Assembly: GCA_030324005.1 (NCBI GenBank)
Contig: JARDVH010000163.1
Coordinates: forward strand, 102,624,073-102,688,072
Length of the DNA stretch: 64,000 nucleotides
Origin: Negaprion brevirostris
Lineage: Eukaryota
Reading direction: 5' to 3'
Shown: positions 11,538 to 24,305 of the stretch, one piece after another
How positions within the stretch are numbered: position 1 is the stretch's first letter
Layout of the letters: each line of letters starts with the position of its first letter
Program-made: the position numbers and the translations under genes
Notes under the pieces: generated by a model
The model's input: the letters and a program-made list of their open reading frames with translations, nothing else
The model's database searches: none
Told to the model about the DNA's origin: nothing

Positions 11538-12135
11538 GGCGGAATTTAATCTTGTCTACGGGGTTCATGTCTACTAGTTAAAGAATGAGCAAAAGCCTTG
11601 ACTGCTTCTCTTGGTGAAAGCCAGATGGAATCAAGTATCCATCATGTATTTAATAGGGCCGTGTTGGACTTTCTCTGGGATTCAGGACCCCGGGACAGAA
11701 ATAGTGCCCCCTGAAAGTTACCAGACCGGCAGCTGTCCACTGCCCTTCAGCTTTCTACTGCCGGTCAGTGCCACCAGGAGTGATGGCTGCTGCTGGTAAA
11801 ATATCAAAGGAGAGGCCTAGGATCGATAAGAAACCCAGACCCCAGTTGACTGAAGACAGATGAGAGTCAGGAGCGACGGCCACCACCTAAGGTTTAAGTG
11901 ACAGAAGAGTGGCTATTCTTGAGGCAGTAAGATGAGGCCCTTAAATGAGTATTGGCCACTTGAGGACNNNNNNNNNNNNNNNNNNNNNNNNNGTCTGTCC
12001 ACGTACCTTCCCACATCAGACTCAATCAGGTGGAGGTGGGAAAGGGGCAGTGTCCCCACACTGCCCCATCCCACTTGACTGAATGCCGCCCTCCAAACTT
12101 GGATTTGGAAGGGTGTCAGGGCATTAGATTCCAGC
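11538..12135. mobile_element. Non-autonomous DNA element with TIRs
   Basis: GGCGGAATTTAAT ... ATTAGATTCCAGCC termini. Confidence 0.5.
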
Positions 12136-13620
12136 CTTTGAAATACAAGATGAAGACAGGCTTGCACAATGATTAACTCAAAAAAAGTACAAGAACTAAA
12201 ATTGAAAGCTGCATGCCTTTGGAATTCATTCAATAATCAAAATGCATTAACTGCAATGAGCTTTTACTTTCTGCAGAAGAAATCAAACTCAAAAGTTAGT
12301 AACAATTATCTGTAATCAAGTGCAACTGGATCGATTGTCTGAGCTTGCCATACGCTGTCTGACTACAGGAATCCAAAGATAAAAGGTGAAAAGTCACTAG
12401 CACCCAAAAAAAAGGCAGAACTGATATCCATTGCTAGAGATAATAAATGTACCCCGCAGATCAAATAACTTGAAGGATAATGTAGCTAGGATCTATCAAG
12501 CAATTTCAAAATTAAAGTAAAATTTAGGATGATTAAAAAGAAGCATGCGTCTTAAAACACTTAAAGGATCAAGATTAATTTATTCAACATTGGTCAGAAA
12601 ATGGCTTCTGGTATCAAGACCATGAAACCGCCCATATCATCTTGTATGATAATTTACTTTCAGGAACACACTTCTCCAGTGCTTCTGCTTTTGACAAGTA
12701 CCCGATGTTTCCATGGAAACAATTAAAGCAAGACGAGACGATTCAAGATTTCAGATCTGAAAACAGGCAACTAAATAAACAAGGTGTGTTTAAATTTAGT
12801 GTTAAAATCTGGTATTTAAAATAAATGTATACACCTAGTTTTGATATTTTGCAGCTGCCATTATCCGTTTCCAAACAGAACTGAGACAGAAACAATGTAA
12901 TTGTGGCTGATACATCCCTACACCTCTAACTTTTCATTCTGCAGAAGGTCACAAAGGTCTGATGTTCACTGTTTCGCAATGCCATGCCCAACTCCTACTC
13001 ATGCTGGTTTACAGAAGATAAATGGTTGGAGACAAATGCATACATACTGGAAAAAGCAGCATACATTTCAATGTTCAAAAAATCAATCTTAATTCTAAAA
13101 CTTAGGAAAAGGTTTTTTTTCAAATATTGTATAACATATTTATTTTTCAAAATTAAATTCTAAACACTAAAAGCAAGCTCTGACCAACCATTTTAAAATG
13201 GAGGAAAGACAAATCATCTCAAAGACTGACTGCCAGCTTCCTGATAAATTCGAGATTCTGGAGAATTACAAATGACTCCTAAAATACTGTCTTTATTAAT
13301 CAAATGGGTTAATTTGTTTTTGATCAAGAATGTTGAAAGCGTAACAACATTCACGGAATGCCGAGAAAGGTTGTTTCTATGTAGCACATTTATAACGAAC
13401 AGGTGGAAACACTTTGTTTCAGTCAATTGTAAACACAGAGGGCAAGTGGCTCATTTTTTCACTCAACTTATGTTGACTGGTTTTGATGTTAAACAGGTTT
13501 AACAGGTGCATGATAGTTGGAAACAGGCAAGCGTTTCTTTTTAATCCTCAACAGCAAGCAGAAAATCTGCAAAGCAAGTAAAATTAAGATCAAAACAACA
13601 CAGATGGAAATATATTTATG

Positions 13621-14275
13621 GAACATAAGAAATAGGAGCAGAAGTAGGCCATTTGGACCCTCAAATCTGCTGCACCATCTAACTTTAATATACGATCTTG
13701 CCTCTGCTGCTTTCTGTGGAAGAGAATTCCAAACACCAGTGCCCTTCAGAAGATTTTCCCCCTATCTCCATCTTAACGGTTGATCCTTTATTTTGAAACT
13801 GTGCCCCTAGTTCTAGATTCCCCCATGAAGAAATATTGGCTGGGATTTTCCAGCTCTGCCATGGTAGGATCCACTGTGGAGGGCTGCAAGTGGGACAGGC
13901 AAACATTCATTGACTTTCGATGGGAACAGACAATTCCAACCATTCTCTGAGCAACTACCAGTAAAGCCCCCTCAGAATCTTTTTCAAAAGAACAATTCTC
14001 ATTCTTCTAAACTCCAATGAGTATGGGCCTAAACTGTTCAATCTTTCCACATGAGCCAATCCCTTCATCCCGGGAATCGGAAAAGTGAAGATTATTGGAA
14101 TCTGTTTGAAAGTAATATTAAGGTGACCAAAACTGTACACAGTACTCTGGGTATGGTCTCACCAATGCCGTGTACGGTTGTGGCAAGATTTCTCCACTTT
14201 TATTCTCCTTCCGCCTTGTCATAATGGTCAATGTTTTATATGCTTTCCTAATTACTTGCTGTACCTGCATGTTGT
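13621..14275 (-). mobile_element. CR1 LINE 3' fragment interrupted by a MITE
   Basis: YTALVRPYPEYCVQFWSP and IPGMKGLAHVERLNSLGPYSLEFRRMR; CR1 tail at 13621. Confidence 0.9.
13838..13941. mobile_element. MITE with 3-bp target-site duplication
   Basis: ATT|GGCTGGGATTTTCC ... ACAATTCCAACC|ATT inserted inside CR1 sequence. Confidence 0.7.
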
Positions 14276-15109
14276 GTAATGTTCCAGTATACTGTGAGCT
14301 TCCAGTCAAGACTTTAAATTTTAGAACACAGACCATTAAAACTGCCAATGAAGCCCATGTAACCTTTGGCATTTCAAATTCCAGATAGTCCTAAGTCTTA
14401 AACAAATATCGAATTAAATATGAACATTCAGAGTCATCTAGGGAATTAACACATTCCTTTGTTTGAGGATTGTCCATCAACACATTATCACTTTTTGGAA
14501 AAAGGGCTTTGAACTTGTAAAGATTACACGGTAATGAAGCCAACTTGATTTTGGCTTTGAAAGTTCTGCAGAGTTTCACCAGAAAGCCACAAGTCAATGT
14601 GGCAATGTAACAATCAACAATACTTCAAAAATAGGAGAAGGGTTCCCCTTAAACTGCTTCAGCTTCAAGTTCTCCTGAGAACCAACATGATGGAAAATTC
14701 AAGAACAAGAAGCCTCACAGTTACTAAGAATGCTCTGCCTTACAGGGCATTTATTTCAACTAAAATACCAGCTCATCTAAGAAACTATGGGCCGGTCACG
14801 AAAAAGACAGAAACAGACAGTCATCAATTGTAATTTTTTTTACTCTCATCGGTACCTAATCTAGTCTTGTGTGGGGGGTATGAGAGTCAACTGAGTAAGT
14901 TTGGATGTTTAAAACATCCAAGGCACGTATGATAATAAATAACCTTTCCTTAAAGAAAAACTGCTGCCGGTATTATTTAAATTGCAACAATTACTCTGAG
15001 GGTAATAAAACACACACCTTTCACAGACAAACATATTGACCATAGGCAATAAGAAGGAACATATAAATTGTATATGTGACACATACTGACCATGTGCTTC
15101 ATGTAGCAG

Positions 15110-15845
15110 TCCCTCTATGCTCCAGTGTTTATCTCTCTCCTTTTAAACAATGTACTGCTTTTCTGTTCTTCCTACCAAATTTGTCAGTTTCATATTTTCT
15201 AACGTTCTATGTGCTAATTTTTTGTCCTTCACTTAAGCTATCAAGTCTTTTTTCAAACTCTTTGGCCATCTTTTGGTCCCACTGATGGTGCACCCTGGAT
15301 TCCCAGCAGTGAGGGGTGCATTCAATGAGAAACCCCATTGACAACGGTGGGACCAGAAGGTCCCGCCACCTGCCAACAGGAGGCTGAATCCGCCATGATA
15401 AAACACACGGCAATTGTGCAGAAAAAAAACGCCCTTTGTATTCTCCTCACAACTTGTATTCCCACCTATTTTCATATTATCAGCAAATTTGGCTGCAATA
15501 AGTTACGTCCCTTTATCAAAGTCATTAGCACAGATTATAAATAATTAAAGCCCCAGGTCCCTGTGGCTCTGCACTGGTCTCAATTTGCCATCCCAAAAAT
15601 GACCAATTTACACCAACTCTCTCTTTTCTGTTAATTAGCCGATCTTGGATCTACATGAGAAAAATCACCCCCAATACCATAAGCTTTGATTTTATGGAGT
15701 AACCTTTCGCATGACACCTCATCAAATGCTTTTCAGAAATCCAAATACTACCTCTACTGGTTTTTCCTTTGTCTATCTAACTCATTACATTGTCAAAGAA
15801 CTCAAATGAGTTTAACACACACAATTTCACTTGCATAAAACAGTT
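15110..15845 (-). mobile_element. Degraded CR1 RT fragment interrupted by a MITE (15263-15394)
   Basis: Reverse complement contains GATTTCTGAAAAGCATTTGATGAGGTGTC (DF.KAFD.V) and GCAGCCAAATTTGCTGATAATATGAAAATAGGTGGG (KFAD..KIGG). Confidence 0.8.
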
Positions 15846-16024
15846 TGACTCAGCCTGAATATATTGTAGTTTTCTCTATATTCTGTTTAATATTGGATNN
15901 NNNNNNNNNNNNNNNNNNNNNNNNNNNNNNNNNNNNNNNNNNNNNNNNNNNNNNNNNNNNNNNNNNNNNNNNNNNNNNNNNNNNNNNNNNNNNNNNNNAA
16001 TATTGGATTCTAGCATTTTACATT

Positions 16025-16140
16025 GGCCGGAATTTTACTGCCCCGCGCGCCATGGGAATCGGAGGAGATGAGGGGATAACATGGAAAGGGCTATTGACTT
16101 CGGGTGGGATTTTATGGTTTGAGGCCGTAAAATCCTGCCC
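16025..16140. mobile_element. MITE
   Basis: GGCCGGAATTTTAC ... GTAAAATCCTGCCC TIRs; reverse-orientation relative at 25490-25626. Confidence 0.75.
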
Positions 16141-16149
16141 ATGATGTCA

Positions 16150-16397
16150 ATAAACAAGACACTTAGAGGGTATGTGAGGAAAAGCCTTTTTACGGTCTGG
16201 AATGCACTGCCTGGGAGGATGATAGTGGGGAGCTGCCTCACAAACCTTCAAAAAGTACCTGGATGAGCACTTGGTATGTCATAACATTCAAGGCTATCAG
16301 CCAAATGCTGGTAAGTGAGATTAGGTGGAATGTCAAGTACCTTACACCTGTGCTGTCTTGATGGTCTGAAGGGTCTCTCCTGCACTGGATGATTCTA
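16150..16397 (+). mobile_element. CR1 3' end (second family)
   Basis: GGTCTGGAATGCACTGCCTGGGAGG..AAAAAGTACCTGGATGAGCACTTG..; related to 31405-31740. Confidence 0.7.
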
Positions 16398-17049
16398 AAT
16401 AAGAATTAAGCTAGATATAAAATGTATGTCCTCAGTGCATTCATTTGCTGCAAGTCAAGAGATTTAACCTTTCAATATTTACACCTGAATTTTCATCCCA
16501 GAGTCTGCAAACTTTACTTAGGAGAAAGTTTCCTGAAAGGTCAGATTTTCCTTCCAGACAACTGGAGCCAGGCCCGACACCACTACAAAGAGATGGGAGA
16601 TAACCACTGGGCTGCTACATGCCAAAGTGGGCTTGTTAAAAGGCCTGCCTCGGTTCTCTGAAGGGTTACCCCATTTGTAAGCAAAGCAGTTAAGCCAGAT
16701 ACAGCCTTCAAACCCTCACCTCTTTTCACTACTTTTTCAAGCCTCTCATTGATAAAAGTCCATTTCACCCATTCAAATCCCTTCAATTAGTTACTCCCTT
16801 ATCATAACAAACATCCGTATTCATAGCCCCATCTTAAAGACAGCTAATTAAACTGTGAACTTCCACCATGGCCACCCCCTCCCATTATGTTAATGATAGA
16901 TTGTGAAAGTAGTCAAGCAGAAATAATGCAATAATAATAGCACTCAAGCTCCTGTCAATAAACATCTAGTGAAATTGCAAGCACCCATTGTTCTTTCCCA
17001 ATTGCAGGTTGGCCATTTTTTTCTCCCAATTTAAATTTCACGAGATTTC

Positions 17050-17878
17050 TATCATCCTCCAACATAATGTCAGAAATGGGGGTGTTTTCTGATGACTACA
17101 AAATGTTCAGTATCATTCACAGCTTCTCAGATACTGAAGCAGTTCATGTCCATATGCATCAAGACCTGGACAATATTCAGGCTTGGACAAATGTGAGACA
17201 AATAAAATTTGCTGAATCCCTAACTATCAACATCCTGCGGGCTTACCGTTGATCAAAAACTGAATGGGATCAGACGTTTAAATAATGTGTGCACAAGAGC
17301 AGTCAGAGGTTGGGAAGTCTGCAGAGAGTGACTTACCNNNNNNNNNNCCATTATCAACAAAGCTCAAGTCAAGGATGTGATGGAATACTTGCCATCTGCT
17401 GGATGAGTATAGCTTCAACAACACTCACAAAGCTTGACACCATCCAGGACAAACTAGCCCACTTAATTGACACCCATCTAATCACTTTAAATAGTTACTC
17501 CCTCCACGACTGATATACAAAAGCAGCTGTATGTACTGTCTACAAGACGTACTGCAGCAACTCACCAAGGCTCCTTAACAGCATTTTCCAAACCACAACC
17601 ACTACCACCTAGATGGACAATGGCAGCAGATGCATGGGAATATCACCACCTGCAAATCCTCTCCCCCTCCTCCCCTCCAAGCCATCTTGTCTTAGAACTA
17701 TATCACTATTCCTTCATCGTTGCTGGACCATCATGGAATTTCCTCCCTATTACCACTGCTGATGTACCCAAATTACAAGTTTTCAAGGCAGCAGCTCACC
17801 ACTACCTTGAAGGACAATTAGGGATGAGCAATAAATTCTGGTAGAATCAGTGATGCCCACATCCCATGAATGAATAAG
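17050..17878 (+). mobile_element. CR1/L2-group LINE RT and 3' end
   Basis: SEMGVFSDDYKMFS..MHQDLDNIQAW (FADD-like motif), LTKLDTIQDKLAHLI; ends GATGCCCACATCCCATGAATGAATAA. Confidence 0.85.
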
Positions 17879-18255
17879 CTAAAATTGAAAAGACTTGATA
17901 GCTTAACACTTCCACAGTTTATCCACTTTCTATGCTTATTTATGGCACATTCATGTATACTCTTAATCTAAAACGAGACCTCTCCCAAAACTACTTGGCC
18001 TCTCCAAAAGGGTACTTTACCTCTTCAAAAAAATCCAGTAGATTGAGGTCTTTACTTCAAATATCTGAAACCCATGAGTTGCGTTTCTGAAACACTGGTG
18101 ACCAAATTTACTTCTGCTTGAAGGCAGCTACAAACATGAGCTGCAAGTGGGCAAAATACATCTTGCCTCCTCTCTGCACTCCTCCGCCACCACAATGGAA
18201 ATGCCAGGTTTAGGGGCAGCACTTCTGGTTTCTGGGTAACAGCGTCAGTTTGACG

Positions 18256-18555
18256 TAGAACAATAAAATCCCCACAGTGCAGAAGGAGGCCATTTAGCCA
18301 ATTGAGTCTGCACTGACAGGCCTGCTGAACTGATTTAATTCCACATTTTGATCATGATCATCTTTGGGCACTGAGGGGCAATTTACCGTGACCAATCCAC
18401 CTAACCTGTGGGAGGAAACCAGAGCACCAGAGAAAACCCACGCAGACAAGGGGAGAAGCAGCAACCTCCATACAGACAGTGACCCAAGGCCGGAATTAAA
18501 CCAGGGTCTGTGGCACTATGAGACAGCAGTGCTAACCACTGTGCTGCCACTCCCC
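18256..18555 (-). mobile_element. HE1-type V-SINE
   Basis: Reverse complement gives GTGGCAGCACAGTGGTTAGCACTGCTG tRNA head, the V-domain TCTGCGTGGGTTTTCTC..GGTTTCCTCCCACA and a CR1-like tail. Confidence 0.85.
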
Positions 18556-21526
18556 TTCCATTTTCACAAAAATTTAGCCCTTGGTGTATTAATTGGATTA
18601 CATAAGGTAATCTCCCATAATTGGTGAGAATGCTGTTGGCAATATGTAATTATACACTAAATGATCATTGATAAATAGACAACTGTGAAAGTGACTCCAG
18701 TTAAAATTTACACTCTCTGTGAACTTTGGCATATGCATATTGCTATAAAGGTGAAACATTTTAGGGGCAAAATCCCACTTTCCCATCAAAACAGTCTTTA
18801 CATGCAAAAAGATAAGAACAAAAAAGCAAATGGAAAACAGTTATTTCCTTAGTAATCCCACTGTAATTAATGTGTCTTAGGTTCTCCTAACACTTAATTA
18901 ATAAATGTAGAAGTTCACGAGGCCTTGCATGCTGTGCGAAGATGCTAGGTATATTATTCAAATTATTGTCCAGTACATTTCCGCAATTCAGGTGCAAAAG
19001 AGGACTTCTAACCAAGCATCTGGGGAAAATATACAGCATAAAACAAACTTCTGTTAACTTCCCGCCCCTGCACAGTACACTGAGAATTAAATTAATTACA
19101 AATCTGAACAGGCGAGCACTACGCTCAATATAATCTGACCAGTTTTTTTTCAGTCACATTAACATTTCCCATCTCAAGTTGTTTCATAGCCTACAGGTTT
19201 CCTGATCCCAAGAGCATTTTCTTCTCATGAAATGTTTAGGAAGTCTACCTGGAGAGGACAACATTTCTGCTCCTGATTCTTCATTAAGTCCAAACAGTGG
19301 AAAGTGGCAACTGTTACACACTGCGAAAATGAAATCATGACCAATGCCCTGTGGGATTCATTTAACTACTATTTGCGATCAGCAAATTTAATGCACCAAG
19401 CCTACATTTTCCTTTTCACATTTATTCTGGTGCAATTTTGATTGAAACTAATCTTGCACTGTAGATTTAAAATTAATTTCTCTGTTGAACCACCTGATGA
19501 TTCAGCTAATTTGCTGATACTAAATCTTTCATAATTAATAACAAAAAATGAAACGTTTCCTTCCACATTGGAATGCTGGTTGCAAAACATGAAATTCTAA
19601 AATCACAGTAAACTCTTTTTAAAAGAAGGTGCATTACATATCATGAATCGGTTGAAACTTGCTTACATCAGAAACATACCCTCTTCTAATGCCAAAGAAA
19701 CATATCTGTAATTAACAACCGAATCACATGGGTGTTTGTACGCCTCCCACAAGAGGCAGACTTCAAAATGTTTGGCTCTGAGCTATGTTGCAACACTGAG
19801 GCTCTCAGTTTCTTGCTTGTGACAATGTAGATGGAGAAAACCCAAATCTAGATTCAAGGAACAGAATCACGGTTTCCTTCTTTTTAAAACATATGCATAA
19901 TTAAAAGCCAGTAGGAAGCTGATTGCATACACAAATTTATTCCTTAAGTGCTGTAAAACGTAATTAGACACTCATATTTATGACTGAAGAATGATTGGCC
20001 AGATCTAATAGCACAAAATAAAAATATGACAGTGATAATGAAATGAGGCATCAAGGTGGCAAGTTTCACGAGTTACAAAAGAAACCAAATTCAGTATGAA
20101 TTTGAAGTAACCAAGTGATTAAGTTTTTAGCAAAAACCTAAATTGGGGAGGTGGGGGGAGGTTTGACATTTGCAAGGTTGAAGTTTTTTTGACAATAGCA
20201 CAAAACAGCAAATTGGTAGCCTCATGTATATCTTGCTTGATCTTTTTTCTCAGTGTAATCAGTAGAAAACAATATCTAGTGTACACCTAGCTGCCCATTT
20301 ACTATTGTCCATTTTGTGTTTTCCTAAAGGTCAGTTTCACCCCCACATAGTTTAAAATACAGAACTTCTGATTTCTTATACCACACATCACAAGCAACCT
20401 GCAGGAATAGCAATTATGGATTGTGGTCATTATCGAGAGCATTGTACGGTAGGTAAATACACGCATAAAAGTGGAGGAGAGGATAAAGAGAAGATTCATG
20501 TAGCATTCAGATTCCACAGTCTTTATTTTAACTGTATATTCTGCCTCTCCCTTTTCTAAAAGTTTCAGGGTACACATTAAAATTGCGGTAGCTGTGCCAA
20601 TGTTCTTCATAATAGATCAAATTACTTGAAAAATCTTATTCAAGGAACACTATATCCATTAGACAAAATATCAATTGAGCTACTGTTTCACCCAAATAAA
20701 TCAGAATTCTGCAAGGGGAACTGTCTAAGAAGTGCCTTAAATTTCCTTAATTGTCCCTAGGATGAGGTTTAATTTGTGCCCACTAAACAATAGATTGTTA
20801 CGTTGAATTCTTGAATAAATTAAAAGTGTGAAGGATAATATAAGCAAAGCATTCTTTACCATTACCTTGCTGTAGTTCAAGCCCATCAAGCCACAGACTA
20901 ACTTACTAGGAGGCTATAAATATTTCACCCCATAACTGAAAGTGTGCAAGATTCTTCGCCAAAGAGAATCTGAGAAGTTAGGATAGTAAAGGAGTTGATT
21001 GACTACAAAACGTGAGCGCTCTGAAACAGAGAGAGTGTAGTAGAGTAGTAGAGTGGGAGAAAATGATATGACGGAAGTTAAAGCTATTTGGTTCTACTAA
21101 CCAGAGAGAGGCTGAAGCAATTTGTTAGTCAGAGGTCCAATTTCCTAAAAGTCAAGGAAAGTGAGGGTTCAGCCACTCATCCAGAGGCAGCTACCAAAAT
21201 GGAAAGCAAATCTTCACAGCAGACAATCCAAGAGGTCTGGATAGTACCTCCAAGGTTGTAATTTTTTCACTGCAGTTGCTCAAGAAATTAGCATCGTTGT
21301 CTCAGGGAAAGGTGAAGCAACCAACTCAATTTTACTTGCTTGTAAGTATGATATTACACAAGTTCTACAGCACAGAAACAAGCCTCTTCAGCCCAACTCA
21401 TCCATGTTTAACCCTAAATTAATCTCAAGCATTGATCTCAACTGTAAACCTGTAATTATCAGGCCAGTTAATACTGAATTATCATAATGTAACAGACTTT
21501 ATAATCTTCACTGATGATTGCCATTA

Positions 21527-22095
21527 ATTGTCATTGTCATTTGTTGTTATTGGCTGTCCCTCAAAATTGAGGATGATGTCTGTCACCTTGGTGAGTCTTC
21601 AAATGACTGAGGATTCCAATTCTGGAGCCACAAGTTCTTCAGCAGTGGGACAAGTTGTTGCATGGGGGAGTAGCAGTCACATCACAGGTTGCCTTCTCTT
21701 GCCTTCCTCTGCCACTCTGTCTTGCTTACAAATTGTTGAGCTTTGAAGCGACCTGTGTCTTGATACATCAGGTATAGCCATGTTAGGCGGTCCACAGCCT
21801 TCTCCACCCAGTCAGTGCTGTTAATGACCACATGCTTCAGGGCAGCCTGGAGTGTATTCTTATACCTTTTCCTTTGGCTGTTCTTAGAGCGTTGGCACAT
21901 GGACAGCTGGTAGACAAGAACCTGCTGAGGGAGGCAGTTTCTTGGTATCCGATGCAAAGGCCTGTCCATGAAGAGTGGATTCCGCAGCAGCTGGACTCTG
22001 GTGCTGATGGGACGCAGTTTCAAGAAAGATGCTGGTGTTGGTCCAGGATTCAATGCGAGCACTGCTGATGGAAGCTCTCAATGATCTTAACATGG
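21527..22095 (-). mobile_element. RTE-clade LINE 3' end
   Basis: VLVYQLSMCQRSKNSQRKRYKNTLQAALK..INSTDW..KAVDRLTW matches the RTE ORF C-terminus; short ACAA/TGACAA repeat tail. Confidence 0.85.
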
Positions 22096-22189
22096 TGTTA
22101 AATTGTATAACTAAGTTTTGTTAGAGGGCATCAAACTATATGGGGGGGGGGTCAGGAATTAGGTGGGAGGAGATGTAGTAAATCAAAGT

Positions 22190-23042
22190 ATAATAAAGAA
22201 AGTATTAGAACAGAGCACGCAAGAATAAATAAATGGGACATGGAAGAAAGGTACTGCAATAATTATGGGTGACTTACGTAGATTAGGTAAATCAGATTGG
22301 TGAGGATCACTCAGAAACAGAGTACATAGAGTGTATGTGAGATAATTTCTTGGAGCTCTACATTCTATAGCCAGCCAGGGACCAGGCTGCTCTAGATCTG
22401 GAATAAGCATTGAGACAGGATTAATCAATAACTTCATGGTAAAGGAGCTTTTAGGTGACAGTAATCATAAATTATTAGCTTTACATGTTCAGTTTGAAGG
22501 GGCGAAGTGTACATCTAAATTTTCAAACTGAATTAAAAGTAATTATCATGGTATCAAAAGCAGAGCTAACTGAAGTAATCAGTAAATTAGTAGTAATCTA
22601 GTAAAATAGATTAAAAGGTAGAACAGTAGAAATGCAATGAAAGATTTTTAAGCAGATACTGAATGACTCTAGGCAAAGATTTATCTGCATTAAGCAGTTC
22701 GAGGAAGGTTTACTCACTCATTCTTGAGATGAAGGGCTTATCTCATGAAAAAGGTTGAACAGGTTGAGCCTATACCATTTGGAGGTGATCTTATTACAAC
22801 GTATGTGATCTTGCGGAGACTTGATATGATGGCTACTGGGAAGATAATTCCACTTGTAAGGGAATTTAGAACTAGATGAGGGGAGCTTATTTTCTCTCAT
22901 TAGTGGAATTGTCTTTGCCAGAAAGCAGCAAAGGTTGGGTCACTGAATTTTCCAGGCAGAGTCAGACAGGTTTTTGATGGGCAAGGGATCGGGCTTGATG
23001 GGCTGAATGGTCTTCCCCTCGCCATAAATTCTATGTTCCTAT
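22190..23042 (+). mobile_element. Degraded CR1 ORF2 pieces (endonuclease/linker joined to 3' end)
   Basis: ATAATTATGGGTGAC (IIMGD), TTAGGTGACAGTAATCATAA (LG.S.H), then ATGAAGGGCTTATCTCATGAAAAAGGTTGAACAGGTTG and tail ATTCTATGTTCCTATG. Confidence 0.75.
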
Positions 23043-23619
23043 GGGCAATATACACCAATGTCAATTTTATTGTCAATGTCAATGAGGAGTTATGGTTTAG
23101 ATGCTCTCACAAATATTCTTATCAGAGTACCAGTCCCAATGACTTACAATGAGTAAGAACTATTGCTACTTAGGCAAGAAGAAACACAACAGGTGTTGCG
23201 CAGCTATCCGTAAGGTCACAAAATAGTTTGCGAATTTCACATGAACTATTATATCCACTCCAAATTGAAGCTTCTATTCTGTCCAGTATACAGAATGTTT
23301 TGCAATCTGCAGTTATATTTTACACATATTAAATGCAGAACAGGTCATTTTTCCCTATTTCAGAACAGATTATTTTTGAAGAGAAGACAGAAAAAAAACT
23401 GAAGGAATTATGTGAAGGACCAAATTTCTTTCATGAATCTATTATATTTTCTATTCAAATTAAGTTATCNNNNNNGCAGGTTAATCTTCCAATTTCCTAC
23501 TTCGTGCAGTTTGTCGCAGTAAATTTCCAGCAACAGCAGAGAATTGAATCTAGGCACAAGAAGATTTATATTGTATTTTGCTTATGATATTAAATGGGGA
23601 GCTAAACTAAGGAAGGATA

Positions 23620-24305
23620 AAAGAGAACAGGAGTGTGGAGCCGATAACTAGCTGCTATAATTTTATGGAGAGAAATGTCAAGTGGTACATTTTGTGAAAG
23701 CAGGAAGTAAACGGACATATACTCTAAATAATACAACATCAATCAGATTGGAGGAACAGTGATGCAGATATATCAAATCGATCACAGGCTTATGCATCAG
23801 GTAACCGAATTTAATAGAAATATAAAATAAATTGATAACAAATGAGGCGATAATTGAAACATTGTAAGTTTGGACACTCCATTATGGAAAGGATGTTTAA
23901 GTTGTGAAAAGGACATAATAACGATTCCAGGAAGACTTAATGAAAAAAATCTATAAATATTGGAGCTTTATTCACTGAAACACAAAAAAAATCCAAAGGG
24001 GAATCTAACTGGGCTTTTCTCAATTTCAATAGAATACTTAGAAATCAAACATTGAAGATACAAAACAAAAAAATGAAAATGGATGCTATAAGTGTTCTTC
24101 ATAATGCAATATTGGAACAGAGAATTAGTAGTAATTGAGAGACAGACAATCGCTTAATTTAACAGGGATTTCAAAAGTTCATTGATTCTAAAATATATGA
24201 AAAAATACAGATAAGTGACAGGGAAAATCAATTAGAGGAGACAAGTCCCTAAGGAGCCCACAAAGGTACAGGTGGGTTGAGCAAAATGGCCCCCTCATGT
24301 TGGAA
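23620..24305 (+). mobile_element. Old, heavily degraded CR1 3' fragment
   Basis: AAATGTCAAGTGGTACATTTTG (KC.V.HF), TTTGGACACTCCATTATGGAAAGGATG, TTGGAGCTTTATTCACTGAAAC. Confidence 0.6.

Noticed and set aside
15889-16008. AATATTGGAT repeated on both sides of a gap, as a possible target duplication
   Set aside because: The gap is exactly 100 N, a placeholder size; contig-end overlap is the simpler explanation.
20940-21350. Purine-rich LTR-like stretch
   Set aside because: No definable termini, target duplication or second copy, so it cannot be supported.
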